From NCBI GenBank assembly GCA_951406725.2, contig OX597827.1:62682001-62746000 (forward strand): a stretch of DNA of 64,000 nucleotides, given 5' to 3'. The stretch comes from Octopus vulgaris (taxonomy: Eukaryota). Below the pieces are notes generated by a model, which was given only the letters and a program-made list of their open reading frames with translations, did no database searches and was not told where the DNA came from. This document shows, piece after piece, positions 12,809 through 25,883 of this stretch. The translations under genes and the position numbers were made by a program. Positions within the stretch are counted from its first letter, which is position 1. Each line of letters begins with the position of its first letter.

Positions 12809-12834
12809 CATTATTATTATCATCATAATCATCA

Positions 12835-12878
<44 letters not shown>
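12636..12878. repeat. (ATT)n/(ATC)n microsatellite
   Basis: Seen directly. Confidence 0.95.
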
Positions 12879-12879
<1 letters not shown>

Positions 12880-12949
12880 TTACACCGTGCTGTGTATATT
12901 TCTAATATTCTTGTATACTATGTGGCTCATTTTCATATTCATTTATTCA

Positions 12950-12996
<47 letters not shown>

Positions 12997-14000
12997 TATA
13001 TATTCATTGTATTATTTTTATGTGAAGCTTACTATGCCGTTGTTGTTGTTGTTATTGTTGCTATAGTCGTGATTGTGAAAATTTGCTGCGTTTGGCGTTT
13101 GATTTTTATTATTGTTGTTTTTGTAGTCATTGTTGCTTGTTGTTATTTGTGTTCGTCTTATATAACTTTATTTTTTTTTTTTTTATACTCCGGCTTTATA
13201 GATGTTAGTTTTGGTTTCAGAGTTAATCGGACTCCAATAATTGATTTTCTGTTTGCGGGAGCTTTTGAAGATTGATAAATAATTCCAGAGTAAACTGGCT
13301 CAGAGGTGTGTGTATGTGTATGCGTGTGTGTGTGTGTGTGTGTGAATGTGTGTATGTGCGTATGTGTGTAGATGTGTGCACGTATGTCTTTATCTCGTCT
13401 CTCCTGTATCTATATAAGCAACGTGCGTGGAGATACCTATATCTGTATTTGGATGTATGTGCAGATACAAATGTACACGCATACATGCATACATACATGC
13501 ATACCCACACACACACACACACGTAATCACGTACACACACAGACACAAACACATACACACAGAGAAACACATATTCATATATAGTTATATATATATATAT
13601 TGATATATATAAATCGATATCAATCTATACATATATATATATATATATATAAGTGTATATATATGTATGTGAGTGTGTATTTACACATAGCTATATATAT
13701 TTATACTTGTCGAGGTCTATGTGTATATATTCATAAATCTGTGTGCCTGTGTACTTGTGTAAATTTATATATTCTAAATTTTTGCATATATATCTACATA
13801 AATTTACATACAAATATCTACCTATTCGTAAAACACATATATAAGTATGAATGCATGCATACATGCTGTACGTACATAGGTGCACCTATCCATATATAAT
13901 CATATATTATTTATATATGCATATATGTATATATGTATATAAATACACATCCACATATATACATACACACCTAAATATTCATGTACTTATATGTATACAC

Positions 14001-14051
<51 letters not shown>

Positions 14052-14057
14052 CATATA

Positions 14058-14111
<54 letters not shown>

Positions 14112-15109
14112 TATATATATATGTTTACACGAATACATACGTCTGCACATCCTACAGTTACTTAATTACACGCATATCCACACACATACACATATTTAAT
14201 GTATACATATATGATTTCGCCTATATGATTATGACTAAGGTATATTTATATATACGAGTTTATAATGCCTGTTGCCTACTTATTTATAATAGATATATGT
14301 AAATCAAAATTATGTATACACGGAGAAATATGCATGGTTCTATACTACACATCAATTTTAACTGTATGTGAATGAATACATGTGTATGTGTATCTATCTA
14401 TCTATGTGTGTGTGTGTATGTGTGTGTGTGTATAATCAGTTTTAATGATTTATATAACGTACACGTGTTTCATAAATATCGCCAAATGTCAATACGTCTT
14501 GCAGACTCTGCACACCAGTTTATGTGAATTTATGAGGATTGTCCAACTGCATCGAATATAAGAGCTGAGTGTGAAATCGATCTACTGCGTCCATACATTT
14601 CGTACCTGTGTCGCGTCTATTGGCACACCTTCTGGATTGCAGATAAACACCAGTATAAATGTCATATTTAGTTGCTACGTACGTTTCCCCATTGCAGATA
14701 ACTATAGATCAGCTTTAAATTTTCCAAGTGTATTTAGATGTCTAATTGCAATGAATCATCAGGGAAACACTTTAAAGAGATTTATTGAAAATCAAGTGTT
14801 TCTGAAGATCCAAAGCTGCTGGAATATCTTATGCTGAGTTCCAATTAACTGCAACGGTAAAACGTACGTAGGAACTGAATATTTATATTGGTGCTTATCT
14901 TAATTTCCACAAGGTATGCTCTGTATACCGTAACATTGCTGAACTTGACTTGGACAATGTAATCTATGTGGAGCTCTTAGTCATACAATAGTAGTTATAC
15001 ATCTAAACGTATGCACAACACGCATGCACACACAGACACACAGACACACAGAAACAGATTCACACACGCGCGCACACATATATGTATTTATTTATATATA
15101 TATATACAT

Positions 15110-15300
15110 AGGTGAGAATTCACAAAACACATAAGACGAAGACAGGTGGTGTAGACAACAGACAGATGTATTAGTATAACACTCGGGAAGTGAAAAAGTC
15201 TTTAACATTTCGAGCCTATGTTCTTCCACAGAAAGAACAGGGAGAGAAATAAGGAGAGAAAATAAAGAAAGTGTAGTGGCTAACGATCTATCATAGCGAA
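15110..15300 (-). mobile_element. PLE terminal unit with a decayed hammerhead-like motif, in (TA)n
   Basis: Homologous to 48409-48620. Minus strand TCTTT-CTGTGGA-A-GAACatagGCTC-GAAATGT-T-AAAGA at 15199-15236. Confidence 0.7.
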
Positions 15301-15488
15301 TATATATATATATATATATATATCTATATATATATATTACAGAAGGCCTATATGGTATCTTATGCTTTATCAAACATTCGATCTTTCAAATCACAACATC
15401 AAGGATTACATAATTGCTGGTTTATTCATTTCAGAATCTCTGTAATTCATCTCATCAAAGATAAATAGATAGATAGAGAAAGAGAGGG

Positions 15489-15546
<58 letters not shown>

Positions 15547-16154
15547 AGTTATAGAAATAGTTTTATTGAAGTTGAAAATATTTTACAAACCATTACTCCG
15601 AGTTTTACATTTTTGTTCATTAGACCGTATTGATGCTTTAGGACCATATATGGATTATAAGTACTGCAATGGCAATCATTCAGCATGTAAATAGTTAAAT
15701 GCGAATGGTCAGTCAGGTAGTCGTCCCAATTACAAAATTAGTGGACTGTGTTGGATAACTCGAAAAAAATCTAAAATATTCGAGTTAAATAACTTCGAAT
15801 AAAATGAAGTGCTGTGTCTTAAGAAAAAAAAGTATAGTCAATTATAAGCTCATTAGGAAACGTAAATGATGTGAATTGACACTTATAAGCAAATGGGAGT
15901 AAACAAACGAATAATTTATAATTGTGTTTTTATTAGTCTAAGTTACTTTCACTATTTGAGAGACGTTTGAAAGATCGTCATACCGATTAAGGCTACTGAA
16001 TCTGAAACGTGTGTCCAGGAACGTGACTACGCTCTTATCTCCAAATAATAAACTTGTTCTTATTGTTAAGGGCCCTTGATTCTTTTCAATTGGAGTTCGT
16101 GTTATAGATGGAGTTGATAAATAATGAAAATAATCTATACTCATTTACTTGTTT

Positions 16155-16650
16155 CATATTTCTTTATTGCCCACAAGGGGCTAAACGTAGAGGGGACAAA
16201 CAAGGACAGACAAAGGGATTAAGTCGATTACATGGACCCCAGTTTGTAACTGGTATTTAATTTATCGACCTCGAATGATTGAAAGGCAAAGTCGACCTCG
16301 GGGGAATTTGAACTCAGAACGTAACGGCAGACGAAATACCTTTTTCTTTACTACCCACAAGAGGCTAAACACAGAGGGGACAAACGAGGACAGACAAACG
16401 GATTAAGTCGATTATATCGACCCAGTGCGTAACCCCGTAATTAAGTAACTGTAGGATGTGCAGACGTATTTATTCGTGTAAGCATATATATATTCATACA
16501 TATAAACATATATATACATATATATACATATATACATACATATATACATCCCCGAAAGGATGAAAGGCAAAGACAACTTCGGCGGAATTTGAACTCGGAA
16601 CGTAACGGCAGACGAAATACCACTAAGCATTTCGCCCGGCGTGCTAACGT
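16155..16650 (-). mobile_element. Dimeric family 2 SINE interrupted by an apparently templated insertion
   Basis: Two core repeats with a junction near 16340. Foreign insert at 16437-16549. Confidence 0.8.
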
Positions 16651-16844
16651 ATCAGTCATTTAACTGTGGCCATGCTGCAGCACCGCCTTTATTCGAACCA
16701 GTCGACCCCAGGACTTATTCTGTGTAAGCCTAATACTTATTCTTTCGCCGAACTGCTAGGTTACCGGGACGAATGTGTAAATGTATGGAGAAGAAGGTAT
16801 GTGTATGGAACGGTAGGTGAAATAACATACAATTATAATCCTTT

Positions 16845-17560
16845 ATTGTTTTACTTGTCTCCGTCTTTAGACGCCGGCCATGTTGAGGCAGGCCCTTCGA
16901 TGCTTTAGTCCAACAAATTGGCCTCAGTACTAATTTTAAAATCTGGTACTTATTTCATCGGACTTCTTTTGTGGAACAACCAAGTTACGTATTCGTAAAC
17001 AAACCAACTGCGGTTGTCAAACAGTTCTGAAGACAAACACTCACCCACTCAATCACTTACTCACTCACTCACTCACTCACTCACTCACTCACTCACTCAC
17101 TCACTTACTCGCTCACTCACCCCTCACTCACTCACTCACTTACTCGCTCACTCACTCACTCACTCACTCACTCACTCGCTCACTTACTCACTCACTCATT
17201 CGTTCACTTACTCGCTCACTCACTCACTCACTCACTCGCTCACTCGTTCACTAACTCACTCGCTCACTTACTCGCTCACTCACTCACTCACTCACTCGCT
17301 CACTTACTCGCTCATTCACTCACTCACTCGTTCACTCACTCGCTTACTCACTCGCTCGCTCAGTCACTCACTCACTCACTCGCTCACTCCCTCACGTGTT
17401 TAGATATACTACGGGTTTCCTCCTAGTTTCAATCTACCAAATTCATTCACTAGGCATTGCTCGGCCCGGGCTACAGAAGAAGATGCTTGCCCAAGGGGCA
17501 ACGCAGAGAGACCGAACCCAAAAGCACGTGGTTGAAAACCGAGCCTCTTAACCACGCAGT
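16845..17560 (-). mobile_element. Old SINE family 1 copy with an expanded internal (ACTC)n tract (~17040-17395)
   Basis: Tail 16845-17035. Head 17410-17560 (GCTTGCCCAAGG, GAACCC). Confidence 0.7.
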
Positions 17561-17951
17561 CATCCTTGTGCCTGTGTTCTGTATTTTTTGTTGGTTATAA
17601 TGGAAACAAATCAAACGGATTGATACAAAATGTGGTCGAAAATAACAGACAAATCAATATTTGTCATGGTGAGGAGAAACCTCATGAGAATATGTATAAT
17701 AACAGAGATTTCAGAGAATTCGAAACGGAAACAATTATTTGTATAAAGACTTTTGTGTAAGTCATTTTTTGAGACATGACAGGAGCGGGGGGAAAGCTTA
17801 TGTAAAAAAAGTTATGTGGTCAAGGACAAAAGATCACACAACGATATGTTGAAAAGGATGAAGGAATCGGAGGAATACACGATGCCGAAATATCGTTCAA
17901 CCAATTTCACATGATAACTATGGCACTCTTCTATATTTTTTTTATTTCTCC

Positions 17952-17991
<40 letters not shown>

Positions 17992-18201
17992 GCAGCAGCA
18001 GCAGCAACAACAACAACAACATCAGCAACAACAACAACAACAACAATAATAATCCCTGTAATATTTGTATCTTTTGTTTATATACATCCATGTAATTTGT
18101 TTTTGTTGTTGTTGTTTTTGTTTATTTTGTTCATGTGTTTACATCCACTTATTATTATCATTACGTATGCTTGTATGTATGTATGTATAACAACAATACT
18201 A

Positions 18202-18267
<66 letters not shown>

Positions 18268-18472
18268 GCATAAAAAGGAAGAGTGCCATTGTTATCAAAT
18301 GAACGATATTTCGACATCTCGTGTGTCTTCCACAGGTTCAAAAAATAAACATTTTAATCTATTTCATTTTGGTAATATTTATAGGATTGAGGTTACTCCT
18401 CCAGGAGGTATACAAGCAAAAAAAAAAAGAAAAAAAAAAAGGAAAGTACCTTAATAATAATAATAGTTCGGT

Positions 18473-19445
18473 ATGGCGCTGGAATCCTGAAATGGACAGA
18501 GGAGGAGCTAAAGCAAACTGACAGGAAGTCAAGAAAGCTCCTACCAATGCCTGGAGACATCATCTACGTGCTGACACTAATCGCCTAAACATGAAAAGAT
18601 CAAATGGAGGAAGGGGATTTATAAGTGCGCAAGACAGCGTGCGTATCGAATTCGGGAGCTAAATGGGATTCCTAGCCCAAAGTAAGGGATCCTAGCTAGT
18701 GACAATTAGGAACGAGGGAGTATTGAAAGCAGAGAAAAATAGGAAAAACAAGGGAAGAGGTACAAAAAGGAAGAAGTACAAAAGAATTACGCAAGAAGGG
18801 ACTACACAATAAATTCCATGCAGCCGCAATAAAAGTTGCTAGAAAAAATAGGTGGAATTGGCTGATGAAAGGAACCCTAAAAAAAAAAGAGACCGAGCGC
18901 AAGACCAAGCAATGGCCACGAAATGGAGGGTCAACCTTTCTAATGAGCAAGTGCCTCCGCTGTGCCGCATCTGTAATAGAGTGGCTGAATCTATTGCCCA
19001 TATCACAAACGAATGTCCTAGACTTGCCCAAAGCCACTACAAGCTGCGGTGACATGATTAGGTAGCGAAAGTGCTATATTGGAAACCGTGCGAAAAGTGG
19101 GGATAGAGAGAGGCAAGACGTGGTATGAGCGCAAATCGCAGAGTAGTGGAGTCGGAGACTAGCAAAATCCTATCGGATTTCTCACTCCAAACAAATCAGG
19201 TGCTAGGGCATAAAAGATTGGACACAGTGGTGGTCAACAACATACACCTCATGTGCTATATTGTTGATGTTGCACGCCCCTCTGACCCACGCGAAATAGC
19301 CCAGATACGGATAATGAAGGTGAAAATAGTGCCAATTGTCGTTGGCTCCTAGGGAATAGTATCAGAAGGTATCAAGAGAAATATCAAGGAAACTTGAATA
19401 GAGTGCCGGGTTATAAAAATGTTGCCTCCTTGGCACGGCCAGAAC
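18473..19445 (+). pseudogene. Decayed R4/Dong-like (restriction-like endonuclease) non-LTR retrotransposon, 3' part
   Basis: Frameshifted motifs HHLRADTNRLNMKRSNGGRGFIS, AQDQAMAT, CCHC knuckle CRIC..ESIAHITNEC, R.HD.VAK, and ILSDFSLQTNQVLGHKRLDTVV..IVDVARP..KVKIVPIVVGS. Begins after (AAT)n. Confidence 0.85.
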
Positions 19446-19507
19446 AATAAAGTATTAGGTAAGAAAATTACTATTTGTAAATCTCACAGCGCGAGATATT
19501 CAGCAAC

Positions 19508-19732
19508 AGTACTTTGGAGTAAATATTGTTTGCCAACATATAACATGGCGGTCCTGGTTCAGGACAAATATTGCCGTAATTTAGCCCCAGGAGATATCGT
19601 CTTCAGCTGGCTGTACGATTGTGTCGTATAGCCAGCTGGAGACGATGTCTCGTGGGTCTAAATTACAGCAACGTTCATCCTAAACCAGGATTGCCATGTT
19701 ATGTTGGCAAATAATCTTTACTCTAAAGTATT
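19508..19732. repeat. Imperfect fold-back palindrome (~110 bp arms, 5 nt loop), MITE-like
   Basis: ..TCGTCTTCAGCTGGCTGTACGA-ttgtg-TCGTATAGCCAGCTGGAGACGA.. extending to AGTACTTTGGAGTAAA / TTTACTCTAAAGTATT. Confidence 0.85.
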
Positions 19733-19799
19733 AGGTAGCTGAAAAGAAGAAATAGCATGGTACCGTACGCTTGCAAGACTCCAGGAGCTCCAACAAAAC

Positions 19800-20205
19800 C
19801 TGTGATAAAAAGAAATAAACTCAGAAAATTTATAAATTTGCCCATTAATATCGAAGAAATGTGACATCTCAAGACGGTCACAATATTTGTGATTGTAGAA
19901 GCACTTGCAATAATTAAAAAAGGAACCGAAAATTATTTGAGAATGATCCCTGGCTTATCATCTATGCAAAACATCGTTTTCACATTGAAAAGAGCATTGT
20001 CACTGTGAAGTTTCTTTCATTTTCGTTTCCTTTTTGTCTTTGTTTCTCCCCCCCCTTTTTTTCTATCACATAACTTGACTTTGTATATGAACCATCTGGT
20101 GAGGTTATTTTAATGACCTGCTAAAGTATACAGTGAACTTCTTTGCCCTAGGTGTCAGGAAGACACACGGCAAGAATTGGAAGTAGAATTGAAAAAATAA
20201 AAATA
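19800..20205 (+). mobile_element. 3' end of a second R4/Dong-like LINE
   Basis: KLRKFINLPINIEEM*HLKTVTIFVIVEALAIIKKGTENYLRMIPGL. 3' UTR with TGCCCTAGGTGT.. and an A-rich end running into (TAA)-like repeats. Confidence 0.75.
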
Positions 20206-20239
20206 AATAATTATGATAATAATAATTGTTGAGAGAAAA

Positions 20240-20612
20240 GCGGCGAGCTGGTAGAAACGTTAGCACGCCTGGCGAAATGCTTAGCGGTATTTCGTCTACT
20301 GTTACGTTCTGAGTTCAAATTCCGCCGAGGTCGACTTTGCCTTTCATCCTTTCGGGGTCGATAAATTAAGTACCAGTTACACACTGGAGACGATATAACC
20401 GACTTAATCCGTCTGTCTGTCCTTGATTGTTTCTTCTGTGTTTAGTTCCTTGTGGGTAGTAAGGAAATAGGTATTTCGTATGTTTTTACGTTCTGTGTTC
20501 GTCTGTTTTTACGTTCTGAGGTTTTAAAATTAAGTACCAGTTGCGTACTGGTGTCGATCTAATCGACTGGCCCCAACACTCAAAATTTCGGACCTTGTGC
20601 CTAGAGTAGGAA
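20240..20612 (+). mobile_element. Dimeric family 2 SINE with TSD-like flank ATAATTGTTGAGAGA
   Basis: Full monomer, then GAAATAGGTATTTCG junction and a partial second unit. Confidence 0.85.
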
Positions 20613-21749
20613 ATTATAATTGTTGAGAGAGAAAAATATTGATGCATGCCATCCATTTGATTAAAGAAGATCAGAACCTAAAGCATCAAAGAATGCAACA
20701 GTTAAATAATTCATATTTTCTGTTTAACGTCCGTATTTTCTGAAACGGAAGTAAATACTTCTCACTCTAACACAACCAAGGATATTTGATGGAATTAGTG
20801 GTAAAGCCAAGTCTGTACGGCGCTGCCCTTTCTAATATTGACTGGTGAGCCTTAAAAAGAGCCGAACAAGATGCATTCAACATACAAATATATTTGGACA
20901 AATCAGTTTCCGATTTGTTTTCCAGATATCTTTTGCGCAGGAAAACTGCTTCTCTTCTTGAAGCTACTTTTCGGTTATTCAGATATAAGATATGTATACA
21001 GGTCTTAGTCGATTTGGACTTTACCTATACATACTATTCCTTTGACCAAGAAACTGCATTTAATCAGGAACTGATTCTGGAAGTAATTCACCTACATTGG
21101 CTTCAAAAGTATTTTCCCATTACGCTAATTAATTAACGAGGCGACGTTTTTGCAGCAAAATTATTTTAACTTCAAAGTGCATATATGAAATAGTCTGTAA
21201 CAAATGTGCTCCCCTGGGAAATACTTTAAATACTGCGTTTAACAATTCTTATGCTACATTAATCTCTATATTCATGCTTAATGTCGGGTTAAACCACAAG
21301 GCTTTGCAGGTCATAGTTCTACGAGATTTGGGAAAGTTTTCAGTGTACAAATAATGGACTAACTTCAGGAATTCGCTGCTCTGAAAGGAATGTTTGTTGT
21401 CGGATGAGGCCATTTTAAAGATAGCCTCATCCACTGATAGCGAAAAGTTTAGGTTACTTATGATCTATGATATTAACAATGCTACCTGGCTGGTTAATTG
21501 GTTAATTGATTTGTTCAGCTCTAAGATAATGTCCAAGAAATCTATTTAGATTCTCTTCGTCGTTCACTTTACAAACGACAGTGAACTCTGCGTCTTTGTA
21601 TATATGTACTAGAAAATTTGGTGATTGCTTATGCAAAGAAAGCAAAATTATGCGCCTATGGCCATCCATAACTCGGTCCTATCATACGTGCCAATGCATG
21701 TATGCATGCATTTATGTATATATATATATATATATATAAATATATAAAT

Positions 21750-22043
21750 AGGAAATGAAAAATGCTGACAAAATAATTTAAGTAATTTAAGTAATTTAAT
21801 TAGGTGAAAGTTCTTTTTACCGGTTGCGCATTTGTTATGCTTATCAAAAGATTAGAGTTCCTTTCTGATAGATGGAAAAAATCTATCAGAAAGGAACTCT
21901 AATCTTTTGATAAGCATAACAAATGCGCAACCGGTAAAAAGAACTTTCACCTAATTAAATTACTTAAATTACTTAAATTATTTTGTCAGCATTTTCTTCA
22001 TTTCCTTTTTTATATATCACAACTCGTGTTCCACATCTCCTTT

Positions 22044-22047
<4 letters not shown>
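21750..22047. mobile_element. Near-perfect 124 bp-arm palindrome in (TA)n; inverted PLE pLTR-like with a hammerhead-like variant
   Basis: Arms 21750-21873 and 21881-22006, 7 nt spacer, unpaired tail to ~22047. Motif TTGATAA-GCATaacaaATGC-GCAA-CCGGT-A at 21907-21936. Confidence 0.75.
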
Positions 22048-22110
<63 letters not shown>

Positions 22111-23585
22111 ATGCATTTCGCCACAGGTACACATACGTATATATATAACTGCCTAAGTGCATTTATGTATGTTGGTGTTTATGCGCGTGTGTATGTGTGT
22201 GTGTGCATGGTGTGTGTGCGCGTGCATCTATGACTGCGCTCGCGTGTTTCAAACCTACGTGTTCCTCGAATTTTTAGAGTGTAGCACATTATGCAATTTT
22301 TTTTATCAACGTGATAAAATTGTTTCAGATCTCTCTAGTTTTTATAACTATACTCAACAACTTACGCTGCAGTTTGATCTGATCTGATCTCTCTGTTAGT
22401 TAAGTGTTGGTTGCATAAATGTTTATACATTAATTGCTGATTGCACGAGTATTATCATTTATTGAGCTAATGACACCAACTCACTCTCTCTCTCTCTCTC
22501 TCTCTACAGCATATATTGATAATATTAATATTTTCATTACGTAATAAGTAGATCAAACAGATGTCAATAAATACCAGAATATTAATAATTTAAATCTATA
22601 TACTAAAGTTTCGGCTTCTTGTACAGAATACTATCTTCTTATTTGAAAACAATTTAATAATCATCTGTAAAATCTTATTCATGGTATAAAATTAGTAGGA
22701 GGCATATTGTTAAAAACAATAAACTGGCCTCGAAGATAAGCAGCAGATGCAGAAACCGTCGGAGGTTTCAGAAAATCAGCAAGATTTTCGCAATTCCTAT
22801 AGTATCCAACAGTCTTTTGGAAAGTGGAATTATACGCTATCCACTAGTGTTGATATTCAGCTTGCATTGGAAACAAAAATAACCGAATAATATACAGACA
22901 AGATGGAATCATAACAATGAATGTAAAAATTTACCGAACCACGTAAGATGTGTGGACATATGATGAAATAAATAGTTTCAAAACTAAAATACCATTGTAT
23001 ACCATACAAATATTATAATATTTCGCAACACGACAGAACAGTATGATTCGAAAAGCATTAAAATTCTGAGTTAATTGAACAAAATGTCCCAAGGGTATCT
23101 AGTTATCTCTCTTGCACATGGATATAATATATAATATAACTTGACGTAATACAATGTAATATAATAATAATATACACAGAGAGAGTGAGAGAAAGAAAGA
23201 GAGAAGATATGCGTCCCTGCGTTGCGTATATCTGAGTATACGGGATTTCGACTAACGTGCAATGAGATGACCGATAATAATAAGATACGGTCTGTCATTT
23301 CACCATTTGAGAAACACCGTTGATATTCAAGGATTCAAAAACAATTACTGCATCAGAGTTGTTAACAATTTGGAAAACTATAATCATGACACTTACATGT
23401 ATACGTATGTGAAAAGTATACGTGTGCCTCTGTATATATTTGTACGTATATAAATCAACCTTCACGTATATAAATCATTCTCTGTTATCAACCTCGACAC
23501 AACCACAATCAACGCCAGCATTAATATAAAGCAGCTATTACTAAGCCACTAACTTGTTAATGGTTAACGACAACAGCAACAAAAT

Positions 23586-23643
<58 letters not shown>

Positions 23644-23645
<2 letters not shown>

Positions 23646-23860
23646 AGTTAATCCAAACAAGAAAGCACAAAAAACACAACAACGTGAGGACGTGGAACAA
23701 ATATAGTATTATTGGACGCTTAGGAAAGAAGGAAAGAAGGAAAGAAGGAGGGTTTAACGTTTCGAGCGGAGCTCTTTGTCGGAAACATAGGAGAAGGAAA
23801 GATCCAGAGAAGAGAAGACAGAGGAAAAAAAAATCGCCAATGGTACACACGAGGTCACAT
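23644..23860 (-). mobile_element. ~205 bp PLE terminal unit (third copy), abutting a SINE family 1 head (23863-24002, minus)
   Basis: Reverse complement of 10880-11084. Hammerhead-like motif at 23752-23786. Confidence 0.75.
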
Positions 23861-24129
23861 TTTGACAGGCTTCTTTCAGTTTCCGTCTACCAAACCCACT
23901 CACAAGGCTTTGGTCGACCCGAGGCTATAGTAGAAGACACTTGCCCAAGGTGCCACGCGGTGGTACTGAACCCGAAACCATGTGGTTTGTAAGCAAGCTA
24001 CTGCTGTTTACTTATAATTCAAGGTGTTTGGAAAGAAGCCATGAAGCTTTACAGTGAAGACAACAAATTATAATAGAAAAGAAGTTAAGCCCTGAAGAAG
24101 TTACGTCATTAAAAATTCGGACCTTAGCT

Positions 24130-24760
24130 TTTCAGAGGTCTATTGTAATCATTAAGATGCAGCAACTCTTGGAGTGCATGGGTTATCCATGAGACTCGGT
24201 GTAATTTGCCGATAATACCTAATTAAAAAGTCCGAAATTTTGTATGACAATTTCCAGGAAAAGGAGGGTGAAAGTTCTAACGGAAACATTTCCCAGTTAG
24301 TAAAGGTTCCTTTGGGTATACTTAAGAAGAGTTTCAATTTGCACAACATACAAACGGTTGGTGAAGCTCCTGAAAAAAATGATTGCAAAACGGGGTTATA
24401 CACCATAATAAGTGCACAATATTGAGAAAACTGTATGTTTTTGGAAGTTCCTGTATTATTTCTTGAGAACAAAATTAACACCATGAATTAAAGCTTTCAA
24501 AAATCGTCTTTCTCCTCTTCTCGGGGGGAAATACCACTGGTGATATGAAATTAAAGCATCTAATCGTGTGATCACTCTGAGAATCCAAGACCTTTCAAAT
24601 ATTACGCAAAGTTCAATTTACCTATGATTTGGCGTACTAATAAGGAAGCATGGACAACTGTCATCTGAAACAGTGATTTACAAATGATTTTCTTCTGCTG
24701 CAGAAAAGTAGAGTGCCAGACATATTATTTCTAACAAAGAAGTTTTTAAAGTAATGCAAC
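24130..24760 (+). pseudogene. Decayed Tigger/pogo (DDE_1) transposase fragment
   Basis: Frameshifted KSEILYDNFQEKEGE, FNLHNIQTVGEA, KAFKNRLSPLLGG-NTTGDMKLKHLIV-HSENPRPFKYYAKFNLPMIWRTNKEAWTT. Confidence 0.85.
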
Positions 24761-24924
24761 ATGAGGATTTACAACTTCTTTCATCACATATGGGACCAAA
24801 TATTGCAAAACCCGCTGCTGATAATCCGCAACAAGAATAATATTAATGTGTGTCATTTTAATCATTTTTATTTTAATCGTATTAATGGATAACGAATGTT
24901 ATCAAAATGTGCGTTTATAAACTG

Positions 24925-25335
24925 TTTATCTTTTATCTTTTGCTTGTTTCGATCATTGGACTACGGCCAAATTGGATTTGAATGGTTTAGTCGAGTAACT
25001 CGGCACCCGTACTTATTTTTTAACTTCGGTACATATTCTAGGGGACACTGTTGCCAAATTTTTAAATTACAGGGATTTAAACAAACCATCAGTGGATATA
25101 ACTCAGACACACAGGCACACACACACACACATATACATATACATACACACATCGGTATGTATATATATACGGCGAATTTTCATGCTGTTTCATTCTAGAA
25201 AATTCACTCACAGTGCATTTGCCGGCCCGGACCTATCGTAAAAGCCCCTGGCCGAGGTTCTGTTTAGTAGAACTAAACCCGAAAGTATGTGGCTGCAAAG
25301 CGACCTTCTCAGTTATACAATCATGTCTGCACTGC
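24925..25335 (-). mobile_element. Old SINE family 1 copy
   Basis: Diverged tail, internal (CA)n and head. Confidence 0.6.
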
Positions 25336-25422
25336 GCCTATATAAATAAGATACTTGTTTATAATTTAGGCACAAAGTAACTAATTTTGCAGGGAGGGTA
25401 TTAGTTGATACATACATACATA

Positions 25423-25481
<59 letters not shown>

Positions 25482-25528
25482 ATATATATATATATTACAT
25501 ATATATATACATACATATATATATATAC

Positions 25529-25595
<67 letters not shown>

Positions 25596-25708
25596 GAGTG
25601 TATTTTTACCTTGTTAACAGTTAACACGGAAAAAATAAATAAATAGTTACCAGGGCAGCAAAAATCATTTTTTGCTAAAATGTCTTATTGACGAGTTTCG
25701 TTTTTTTC

Positions 25709-25794
25709 ACTTTCCTGAGGAGAAGATTGCATTGTTTATACCATTTATTCTTTTAAATAGCATCAGTGGAATTTTCGAAACATGTGTCGAAAGT
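25709..25794 (+). ncRNA. Type I hammerhead ribozyme with canonical core
   Basis: Stem I ACTTTC/GAAAGT, core CTGAGGA (25715-25721), stem II GAAGATT..AATTTTC with a large loop, GAAA, short stem III ACA-tg-TGT, cleavage triplet GUC (25786-25788). Lies in a ~245 bp insert between (TA)n tracts. Confidence 0.8.
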
Positions 25795-25833
25795 AAAAAT
25801 ATTTGATTACACCTGCGTTAACTCCATTTTTTA

Positions 25834-25883
<50 letters not shown>

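Noticed and set aside
17014-17403. SLTH-repeat protein ORF
   Set aside because: It is an (ACTC)n microsatellite inside a SINE.
22700-22790. Possible CR1 3' remnant (NKL..ADAETVGGFRK)
   Set aside because: Too short and degenerate to call without an alignment.
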